Shown here: positions 13,947-23,400 of the stretch, one piece after another
Numbering within the stretch: position 1 is the stretch's first letter
Layout: each line of letters begins with the position of its first letter
From: a virus
Direction: 5' to 3' (one strand)
DNA length: 48,652 bases
IMG/VR virus record: IMGVR_UViG_3300036832_000539
Location: 1 to 48,652 of that record
Made by a program: the position numbers and the translations under genes
The notes under the pieces: generated by a model
What the model saw: only the letters and a program-made list of their open reading frames with translations
Told to the model about the DNA's origin: nothing
The model's database searches: none

Positions 13947-15918
13947 TATCGAGACGGCCTCGCTCGCCGAACTGCCGGCGGTGGGGGCCGATTGCTACGC
14001 CGAGGACATGACGACACGCGTCCTGTGCCTGGCCTACCAATATGACGACGACCCGATCCGCGGCTGGGCGCCGGCCCAACCGCCAATTCGGTGGGATGCT
14101 CCCTTTGACTACATCGCCCCGGACGTGACCGTGGTGGCGCACAACGCGGCGTTCGAGATCGCCGTCTGGACCCACATTCTTTGCAAGAAGCTCCACTGGC
14201 CCCCGTGCCCACCGCTGCATCAGTGGTCGTGCACGATGGCCCGGGCGCAGTACCACGGGCTGCCGGCCGGCCTTGAGGACGTCGCCCTCGCGCTGCACTT
14301 TCCGCCGCACCTTCAGAAGGACGCGGCTGGGCGCCGCATCATGATGCAGCTCGCCAAGCCGCGGGACGTCAACCCGCTGCGCTGGTGGCATGAGGATGAC
14401 CCCCTCAAGTTTCAGGCCCTACGGGAGTATTGCAAGCGGGACGTGCTGGTCGAAGCAAAGCTAGACCACGTCCTGCCCGAGCTGCCGCCGCGCGAGGCCG
14501 AACTGTGGCGTATCAATCAGGCGATGAACACCGAGGGAGTGTGCCTCGATCAGGACCTGATCCGCCGGCTGCGGACGATCGTGCAGAGCGAGATGAACCG
14601 CCTCAACGGCGAACTGTTCACAATCGCCAAAGGGGAAATCACATCAGTCAACCAAGTGACCGCCATAAGAAACTTTCTCCTGAAAGAAAGTGGCCTCGAT
14701 CTTTCTGTCCTAGACAAGAACACCGTGGCCCACGTCCTGGCGACAGACCCGTTCCTTGACCGCCGGAGCGAGCGGATCTTGGAGATCCGGGCCGAAGCGG
14801 CGAAGACTTCGACCGCCAAGCTCAATGCGATGCTGCGGTCGGTCAGCGACGACGGCCAGGCGCGTGGCCTCTTCCGCTACTACGGGGCCAACCGCACGGG
14901 GCGCTACTCGTCCCAGCGCATCCAGTTGCAGAACATGGCCCGGCCGTCGATCGGCGACCCCAACCGGGTGATAGGCGTCATTAAGGCTCCTGGGACGCCG
15001 CTGGATGGCCTAACCGCTCTCTGGGGCGATACCATGCTGGGGATCGTCGCAAGCTGTCTGCGCGGCTGCATCGTGGCCCGGGAGGGCTATCTCCTGCCGG
15101 TCGCCGATCTGTCGCAGATCGAGGCGCGCGTCATCGCTTGGCTTGCCGGCCAGGCGGATATCCTTGACGTCTTTGCCGCCGGCCGGGACGTCTATACGTG
15201 GACCGCCAACAATGTCGGCTCGTCGAACCGCCAACTCGGCAAGGTCATGGTCCTGGCGCTGGGGTTTGGCATGGGCGCCGGCAAGTTCCGCGACACCGCG
15301 GCGAAGTACGACATCCTGATGGCCCCTGATACGGCCCAGATGCTGGTCAACGATTGGCGCGCAGCTAACGCCGATATCGTGCAGTTCTGGTGGGATCTGG
15401 AAGCTGCCGCGCTACGTGTCGCAGCGAAGGCTGACGGCTATCAGGAACAGGCCGGGCGTATCTGGCTGGAGAAGCGCCGGCAGGCGATGGTTATGCGGCT
15501 GCCGTCAGGCCGCGAGCTGTTTTACCAACGTGTCGCCAGCGAGTGGGTCGAGATCAAGACCAAGATGCTCGACGCTGCCGGCGAGCCGATCATCAAGAAA
15601 AAGCTCGCCGTGACCTATGAGGGGGTCAACCAGTACACGCGGCGGTGGGAGCGGCTGCGCGCCTGGGCCGGCCGCCTGGCCGAAAACGCTACCCAGGCGG
15701 TGGCCCGGGACGTCCTGACCGATGCTCTCCGACAGTTGAACAAGATGGGGCTGCGGGTGATCGGCACCGTCCACGACGAGCTTATCGCCGAGGTCCCGGC
15801 CCCGGACGCCGATCGCTGGCTGGTGTGCATGCTCGACATTATGCGACAATCGCCCCGGTGGGCAAACAGCCTACCCGTAGGGGCCGAGGGAAAGGTCTTA
15901 GCGCGCTATGGCAAGTGA
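13915..15918 (+). CDS. Family A DNA polymerase with 3'-5' exonuclease domain
   Basis: Exo motifs IIDIETAS and VVAHNAAFEIAVW. Pol motif A ADLSQIEARVIAWLAG, motif B RQLGKVMVLALGFGMG, motif C GTVHDELIAEV. Start set at MEMIGHRL, because the upstream part of the ORF overlaps the preceding gene. Confidence 0.9.
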   Translation: MEMIGHRLIIDIETASLAELPAVGADCYAEDMTTRVLCLAYQYDDDPIRGWAPAQPPIRWDAPFDYIAPDVTVVAHNAAFEIAVWTHILCKKLHWPPCPPLHQWSCTMARAQYHGLPAGLEDVALALHFPPHLQKDAAGRRIMMQLAKPRDVNPLRWWHEDDPLKFQALREYCKRDVLVEAKLDHVLPELPPREAELWRINQAMNTEGVCLDQDLIRRLRTIVQSEMNRLNGELFTIAKGEITSVNQVTAIRNFLLKESGLDLSVLDKNTVAHVLATDPFLDRRSERILEIRAEAAKTSTAKLNAMLRSVSDDGQARGLFRYYGANRTGRYSSQRIQLQNMARPSIGDPNRVIGVIKAPGTPLDGLTALWGDTMLGIVASCLRGCIVAREGYLLPVADLSQIEARVIAWLAGQADILDVFAAGRDVYTWTANNVGSSNRQLGKVMVLALGFGMGAGKFRDTAAKYDILMAPDTAQMLVNDWRAANADIVQFWWDLEAAALRVAAKADGYQEQAGRIWLEKRRQAMVMRLPSGRELFYQRVASEWVEIKTKMLDAAGEPIIKKKLAVTYEGVNQYTRRWERLRAWAGRLAENATQAVARDVLTDALRQLNKMGLRVIGTVHDELIAEVPAPDADRWLVCMLDIMRQSPRWANSLPVGAEGKVLARYGK

Positions 15919-16141
15919 CCAACCCGCCACGAATGGCACGATCCCCGGTATGGTGTCGCGGCTTGGCCAATCGCTGATAACCGCCCTTCCTGCCCAGTTC
16001 CTAATGCTCTGTCTGATAAACGCGGTGTTCATTTTCGCGGTCCTGTATTTCGTGGACGATCAGCTTGATCAGCGGACCCATCTCGTCGGTAAGCTGGTCG
16101 ACCGCTGCATGGATCTTGCCGTGAAAAAGGGAGAACCCTGA
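15908..16141 (+). CDS. Small membrane protein, 77 aa
   Basis: Hydrophobic helix LITALPAQFLMLCLINAVFIFAVLYFV. Its start overlaps the end of the pol gene. Confidence 0.55.
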   Translation: MASDQPATNGTIPGMVSRLGQSLITALPAQFLMLCLINAVFIFAVLYFVDDQLDQRTHLVGKLVDRCMDLAVKKGEP

Positions 16142-16458
16142 TGGGTGAAGCCAAGCGACGCAGCCGCGCGCAGCAGGATTGGGAAGCATCGGGCCGGCGG
16201 CTGGGCGACGGCCCGGTCGAAGAGGAACACCACGCCAAGATGGTCGCCACCGTGCAAGCGCTCGACGAGCTGTACAATGGGCGGGTTGGTGGCCCGGGAC
16301 GCAAATTCGGGTTTGTGTTGATGGTGTTCCCGTTCGACGGTTTTGATGGGCGCTGCAACTACATGAGCAACGGCGCCGATCGCGAGGATATCGTGACCCT
16401 CATGAAGGAAATGATCGCCCGGTTCGAGGGTCAAGCAGAGGTTAAGGGGACCGCCTGA
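16141..16458 (+). CDS. Hypothetical protein, 105 aa
   Basis: TGATG overlap with the upstream gene. GC3 bias is present. Confidence 0.5.
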   Translation: MGEAKRRSRAQQDWEASGRRLGDGPVEEEHHAKMVATVQALDELYNGRVGGPGRKFGFVLMVFPFDGFDGRCNYMSNGADREDIVTLMKEMIARFEGQAEVKGTA

Positions 16459-16647
16459 ATGACCGGCCAAACGTTCTGCTGCCCGATCTGTGGGATCGTC
16501 AGCCACAACCCCCATGATGCCGCGCATCGGTACTGCGGACGGTGCCACGTTTTTGTCGATGACGAGTTGGCGCGACGGGATTTAGTAAACCAGCAAAAGC
16601 GTCCCGATATGTCCACTTACAGCCCGACACCACGCCAGACACGCTAA
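16459..16647 (+). CDS. Zinc-ribbon protein, 62 aa
   Basis: CPICG ... CGRCH. The ATG abuts the upstream stop. Confidence 0.55.
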   Translation: MTGQTFCCPICGIVSHNPHDAAHRYCGRCHVFVDDELARRDLVNQQKRPDMSTYSPTPRQTR

Positions 16648-16999
16648 CGGATAAAGATAGTAGGCTCTTGTAATGATTGGTGTAGATGGTGTCGTTTCAC
16701 GTCCTCAGGACCCCCACCCATCACTCCCCTTGATGGGGGAAGGGCATGGGGCGCACAGGGTTTTCCATCAGCTTGAAAACATTACACAATCCGGTGTCGT
16801 TTTAAAACCGACAAAACCGGAAGTATGGCGCACGTCGGGTGTCTTTCTGTGTCCTGACAAATCGTCGACACTAGGCGTGTCCTGATGAAAAAGACGAGAG
16901 GCCATGATGAGTGTCCTTTTTCGTCCCTACACACACCCGTTGAAATCATTGAGCTATTTTGCGCCGCACTTTATCCACAAGACACACAGGAGGTCTAAG

Positions 17000-17176
17000 A
17001 TGGCTAAGAAGTTCGTCGACGTGCCGATCCCCAAAAAGATTGACAACCAACGTGTCACGCGGGGCCTGGTCGATCAACCGCCAAAGCCGCGAGATGTCGG
17101 CTCGGGACGTGTCAGGCACGACGTCGCGGAAGCCCGCAGCAAGCCGCGCGGCACTGGGACGAGGTCACCGCTATGA
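17000..17176 (+). CDS. Hypothetical basic protein, 58 aa
   Basis: The ATG at 17000 follows AGGAGG (16989-16994). The ORF-track start at 16904 lacks an RBS. Confidence 0.5.
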   Translation: MAKKFVDVPIPKKIDNQRVTRGLVDQPPKPRDVGSGRVRHDVAEARSKPRGTGTRSPL

Positions 17177-17463
17177 TCAGCCGCTCTCGCCTCGATGCCG
17201 CAGTGGCCGCTTTCAAGACTGTTTCGGTTGCCGTGCGGGACGACGTCCTAGAGACAGCGCTTCTCGCCGCGCTCAGCGCCGCCGACACGACGGTCGAGAC
17301 GCTGCCGATGCCGGTGGCGCCTTATCGTTATAACAGCCTGGGCGAACCGCTACTTGAAGAGCTTAGCGCCAAACCGGAGGATTGCGGGAGCAGCCCGCTT
17401 GACGGCGCGGGCAGCCGGGGGGATGAAATCATCGACGGCGCCCATGAGGCTACTACTGGGTAA
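17173..17463 (+). CDS. Hypothetical protein, 96 aa; its 3' end overlaps the convergent giant gene
   Basis: ATGA overlap with the upstream ORF. GC3 bias is present. The last 114 nt overlap the 3' end of the minus-strand gene 17350..24483. Confidence 0.4.
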   Translation: MISRSRLDAAVAAFKTVSVAVRDDVLETALLAALSAADTTVETLPMPVAPYRYNSLGEPLLEELSAKPEDCGSSPLDGAGSRGDEIIDGAHEATTG

Positions 17464-20400
17464 CGCTGACCCCTCCGCTGTTCGCTGCTTGTCATCGGGC
17501 GGCATGAACTCTTTCAGCCGGTCGTCGTCGGGCGGCATGTACTCTTTCATGCGCTCCTTCTCGGCCTCGTCGGGCGTCATGTTGGTCTTCTCGCCCTTGG
17601 GGCCGGCCATCATCGTCGCAACGGTGTCAGCCGCCGACTGCGACAGGAAGGTCTGGCCCGCCCCGGACCACATCCACGACTTGATGGGACCGGCCGGCGC
17701 CAGCGCCATGCCCAGCGCGGCGACCGGCATGCCGAAAAGCTGGTACATGCCGCGCCAGGCCCGATAGCGCGCGGTGTTGGTGTTAGGGCTGCCGCTGGTG
17801 AGCGGGGCCAGGATGTCGGTGATCGCCTGGACGTATTGGTTCATCTGCGCGCCCAGGAACAGGCTGCTGATCTCGTGTTCGTACTTGATCGCGTTGATCG
17901 CGTTGACCAGGGGATCGGCCACACCGCCAACGCCGGTGCGCTGAAAGGCGAGGCCAAAAATCTTTTCCATATAGACCCCGTCCTTGCGCCATTGCGCCGC
18001 GCGCTTGTGGTCGAAAATCTCCTGGCGCACGATCGCCATCGGGACTTGCCCGATCATCATCATGCCGATTGCGGTGGCCGCAAAAGTCGCCCATTTAGCG
18101 GCGCCGACAGCCATGCCCGCGCCCTTGCCCAAGCGGCCTTGCTCGTAGCCGATGGTCTTCCCCAGGCGATCAAACGCCGGGTTGAGGACCGCGCGCTGAA
18201 ACATGAAGTTGTAGCTCTGCAACCCGTAGAGGAACCGGCCCCACGGTGTATTGGCCTTGAACGCCTTCTCGGCCGCGGTGTTTTCCAGTACCACCTTTTC
18301 GACAAAGCGGGTCGTGGCCTCGCCCCAACGCTGCCCCATCGGTGTCTGCAGGATCTCGTTGATGGTCGGCAGCCGGCCGTTGAGGCTCTGATACCATTTG
18401 GAAAATTCATCATGCTCGGCGTTGGGGATACCCATCTCGCGCATCTCGGCGTGCGGGTCGAAGAGCGCGCCGCGCCGGCCCGCGAGAATATCACGGGCGT
18501 ACATCCCCAGCGCGACATGGGCCGCCCAGCGCGCGCCCACCTTGTTGCCGTTTGTTGTCTGGGTGAGGCCGGTTCGCCGGTAGAAGTTCGCCATCATGTG
18601 GCCCGGCGACCACGAAAACGCCTCGGTGCGCCCTGTCAGCATCGCCTCCTGCAGCCGGGTCGACGTCGTCCCCAGGACGCGGGAGATGTCGGCCAGGTGC
18701 TGCACTCGCTCGGACCCTTTGATCAGCCCGATCTGCCGCATGATGTCCTGCATCGCGATCGAGAAGCCGCCGGCTGCCGCCCGCGCGCTGCCGCTCTGGG
18801 CAAACGCCACCATCGGCTCGCTGATCGACGACCACGCGGCGTGCGACATCAGTGCCATCGTTCCCAGCGCCCGCATCCAGACGGCGGCCTTGTGACCGAC
18901 ATCGATCTCGTTTGAGCGCAGCATGCCGAGAGCGCTCTGGATCGTGCCGCGGATCTGCTCGCGATCCTCTTGCAGGACGCCGGCCTCGTGAAGGTCGCTC
19001 ATCGCCTTTTCGAGGACTTCGCCCTGGTGGCCAAAGAGGTCGCCAAAAGCGAGCTTGCGGCCCATCTGGTGAAAATAGTAGGGCAGCAGCTCGCTGGGAC
19101 GCGTGACGATGTAGCCGGCGTTAGCGAGGATATCCCGGGCCTCGGCCGACAGGACGCGCTGCCGCAGCGGGTCGGAAGTTGGCATCGTCCCCGACTTGTT
19201 GCCGGGACGCGCCCACGGGACGTCGGTCCTTGAGTGAACCCAATCGCTGCTGCGCTGCTGCGCCCAGGCTTCGCGGATCGGGTCGGTGACCCGGCTGAGA
19301 AGGTCTTGCTGTTGCCGGTCGAGCGCGGCGAGCTTGCCGGGGTCCGTCTCCGTGCGCATCGCCTCTTGGACGCGCGCCAGTTCCTCCATGTCGGCTTGAA
19401 CGCCTTTATCAATGCCGGCGCGCGGAAGGGCGCCATAGGCTTCGTGGATAAAGGTATTGTCCTTGATTTGCTTCGAGTTGAAGTCGGCGCGCATCGCATC
19501 GGCGATGACGTCCTTGGCCTTAACCCCGTCGCGGATGATCGCCTGGTCGTCGTAGACGATCGGGATATAGTTCTCATCGCGCGGCATCCCGACATTGATC
19601 CCGGCGCGCTCGATCCGATACCACATATCTTTAAGCACGGCGTCGATCCCGGCGGCCGCCCGCTGGATATTGGCCGGGACGACAGGTGTGTTGCCCTGCG
19701 CGTCCCGGCCGCGCAGCGCGTCGAAGAGCATCTTCTCGTTGTCGAGGTTCAGCCGGTTGGTCGGCATCCCGTTGTCGTTGAGGATCTTGTCGATCTTGTT
19801 GACTTCCGGGTTGGTGATCCGGTTGGCCGCGCGCTCGAAGGGGGTCACCTGTAGCCGGCCCTCGCCGTAGCGATAGCCGAGTTTGTCGAGAAGGTTGCTG
19901 ATGATCGCGGCGGCACGGTGGTTGCCCAGCGCCTCGTAGCGCTCGCGGTAGACGTCGAGCTGCCCCATATTTGTATAAATATGGGGGGTGATGATGTCCT
20001 TGACGTTGATCGCCCCGTGCTGGACGCCCTTCCAGCTAAAGGTGGGGACGCCCTGCGCGCCGGCGCGCTCGGCCATTTCCTGCAGTGTTCGTTGCCGCCA
20101 GTTGCGGGTCACGTTGACCGCCCGGCGCAACCCGTTGGTCAACTGGGGATTGGACTGCGGGTTGTTGGTGTACTGCCAGTAGACCGGGTCGAGGATGTCG
20201 TAATCGCCGGGACGTGCGGCCTTGTTGCGCGACCCCAGGATATTGTCCCGCTGCAGGATCGCGTGCATGTCGTTCATCGCGTTAAAGATCGCGTCCCGGT
20301 CGGCGGCTTGCGGGTAGTGGTCGGCAAACCGCTGGGTGGCGCCGGCCAGATACTCTTGGTCCCCCTTGGTGATGAACTCGTTGCTGCCGCCCTGTTGCTC

Positions 20401-23400
20401 GGCAAGGTGCGCGACATACGCCTCGCCCGCCCGGGCCAGCATTTCCTCGGGTGATGCCCAGTAGTTCCGGGGCGACAATTGCTGGGACCCGGTCACCAGA
20501 CCTGTCGGCTGGATCGGGGTCTTTGGCTTGCCACCGGCGATGATCCGCTGGGCCTCGGCTGCAGCGGCGCGACGCGTGTTGGCGTTGGGGTGCGTTTGCG
20601 CCGTCATGTTGAGATCGGCGATGCGCGCGGCTTCCGCGGCGCGATCGTGGAAGATCGCCCGCATGACATTGGCGACCGCCTCTTCCAGCGTCCCGGGATG
20701 CACGTTAGTCAAGGCCCCGGTGTGCGCGATTTGCGACGTCAGCGCTTTACGGACAGCCGGATTGCGGTTTACGAACCGCAGCAGATAGTGATCGAGCGCG
20801 TGCGTCCACTCATGGGCAAAGCTGTTCGATCGATCCGGCATGTGGATGCTGATCTCTCCCTTGGCGTTGATCGACATCATGCCGAGATAGGCTTTCTTGG
20901 GGTTGGGCTGCCACGGCTCGAACCGCAGATTGATCTCACCGTGAAGCGACATGCCCTTGAGGCTCGCGCCCAGCAGATGCGCCATCATCTGCATGTTGCG
21001 GTAGCCGTCGAGCATGCTGTCGATCGCCTTCTGCGGCTGCATCTTGGGATCGACGTGGACCTTGAAGCCAAAAGTCTTCTCGATGTGGTTGCCCAGGATC
21101 TGCAGCCGCCGGGCGGGGGTAAATAGGGCCGCGACATCAGGGTCGTAGCCCGCGTCCCGGTACGCCTGACGGAACAGCGAGGGCCGGTCGGTGATGTCGG
21201 GCGCCTCCCTTCCCGGTATGCGCCTTGTTGTCGGGACGCGGTAGAGGCCGCCCAACCGTGGCTGGCCAGGACGTAGCTGCGCCTGATATGCGTCTGCCGC
21301 GCGCTCGCCCGCCGGTGTCATGCCGCGCTCGGCCTGGTAGGCCACGTCCCGCTGTTGCTGCAGCCCGCCCATGTCGCGGATGATCTGCGCCCGCTCGGTC
21401 GGATCGCTGGTCGCCTCGTAGCGGTCCCGCAGATCGGTGATCTTGTTGGTCAGGCTCTCGACTGTTTCGGCGCCCGGCCGCGGCGGGATCGCTAGGCCCT
21501 CATCGCCGGTACGCGTGTCCTGGGGCGCCAACGGCAACTCGCCCTGCTCGCGGGCCTCGGTCATGGTGATCGGCTCACCCGACGTTGCCTGCGCCGCTTG
21601 CGGCGCCTCCTTGCCCGGCTCCGCGTAGAACGGCCGGCTCTCGCTCGTCGTGGTGTCGACCGGCACCGGCTCGGTCGCGCCCGTGGCCGTTGCCGCCGCA
21701 TCACGCGTTTCGAGCGTCAAATCCACCGGCCGCGTTTCGTGGCTGATCGGCTGGCCCTGCGCGATGGCGACGACTTGTTGGGTCTGGGGGTCGCGCACGG
21801 CGACGATCGGCGCCTCGCCAGGACGCGACGTCAGATAGGTGTTCGCCCCGACGTCCCCGTACTTCGAGAGGACCGCGTAGCGGTCGGCGTCCAGCTCGAC
21901 CGTGTGGCCATCGGCGGTGTGCCCGTGAACGACCTCGGTGCCATCGGGGGTCGTTGTCGTGTCGGTCCAGGCGATCCCGTGCCGGGCCTCGGTGTTGGCC
22001 GACGTGACAATCGCGTCGATCGGCTTGACGTCCTTCAGCTCGACATTCTCGCGCGCGGTGGCCGTGCCAAAATGCTGGTCGACCTCGGGGTTGGTGCCCT
22101 CGCGCACGAGGACGCCGGCGTGGCCCACCCATGTCGTGCCGGTGCTGTCGGTCGCCCGCACCAGGCGCCCCTCGGGGGGCGGGGTGGTGATCCCGGTCGC
22201 GACCTTGCTCTCGTCTGCCGGCGGAGCCGGGGGGCGTGTCGCGGACCAGAGGTCTTGCAGATGCTTGCTGATTGCCTCCTGGGTCGACTTCCAGGCTGCC
22301 GCGAGGGCCTTGGGTCCCGGCTGGCCCATGCTTTTGGCGACGCCGACAGCACCCGGGATCGTGCCGGCGACAAAGGCCGGGATCATTTCCTCGGGCTGGC
22401 CCAGCCCCTCGGTGACCGACTTCTCGGGCTGCGTCGTCGCCTTGTCGACGATGTTGTTGACGAGATGCTGCAACTGGCCGACGCCGGTCATCAGCGTGCC
22501 GTCCTCGGCCATGTGGACGATCGCCGCGACAGCCGCGCGCTTCTCGATCGGGCCTAGCGCCGACAGCCAGCGCGTCGCCGGGACGGCAAACAGCCCGGAC
22601 GCGGCAATCGCCTTGGCACCGGCGTTGACCGCTGCGTCCTCCGGGGACGCGCCGGCCTTGATCTGCTCCTGATAGCTCTGCGCGTAGGTCTGGGACGCAG
22701 CAATTCCCATTGCTGCCGGCACCCCGCCGGCCAGCAGCGAGCCGACATAGACCGGCAGCGAGCCGATCGCCTTGCCGATATTGGTCGACATGGCGTTCTC
22801 GTAGCCCGCTGGTGGGGTGATCTTCTGACCCTGCGTGTTGATCCACTCGCCGGGAACAGCCACCGTCTCGCCCACCGCAGAGCCACCCTTGGCCAACAAC
22901 CGGCCACCCTGGTAGATCACCGATTGCTCGGGCGGCGCCATCTGCGAAAGGTCTTGCTCGTACTGCGCCCGGAACGCCTGGCGTTGCTCGGGCGTCATGT
23001 CTTGGTAACCGTAGAGATCGGTCGGACCCTGCCCTGGCTGGCCCACGGTCGCGGCGGGGAACCGCTCGCCCTTGTCGATCCGGTCCATGATCGCAAGCTG
23101 GTCGCGCGCCTGTTGCTGCGCGTTGTAGGGCGCGGCTTCGAGCGCGTGGCCGGCGAGCGCGGTCCCGCCGGTGATCAAGTGCCCTGGCCCCGCCGCGACC
23201 TGGCCGACAGTCGTGACCGCGCCTTGGCCGGCGCCCGCTATCGCTGCAGTCAGCGGCTCGGTGGGCATCTGCGGCACGCCCTGCGGCGACAGGATCGCCT
23301 CGGGCGGGACATCCGGGATGATGATCGGCTCTTGCGGCTCGGCCGGTGGCGTCTGTGGCGCCGGCACCGCTGCCTGTTGCGTCGCTGGTGCTGACAATTG

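Noticed and set aside
16971-16979. Perfect DnaA-box consensus TTATCCACA
   Set aside because: It is a single copy. A given 9-mer has a substantial chance of occurring once in about 97 kb of two-strand sequence. I saw no cluster of boxes, so it is not called as an origin element.
16673-16999. ORF 16673..16885 (70 aa) and the 5' extension of 16904..17176, in the lower-GC intergenic region
   Set aside because: No RBS and poor third-position bias. The clear AGGAGG-ATG start at 17000 defines the next gene. The region, which has a hairpin at 16717-16737, is more likely regulatory.
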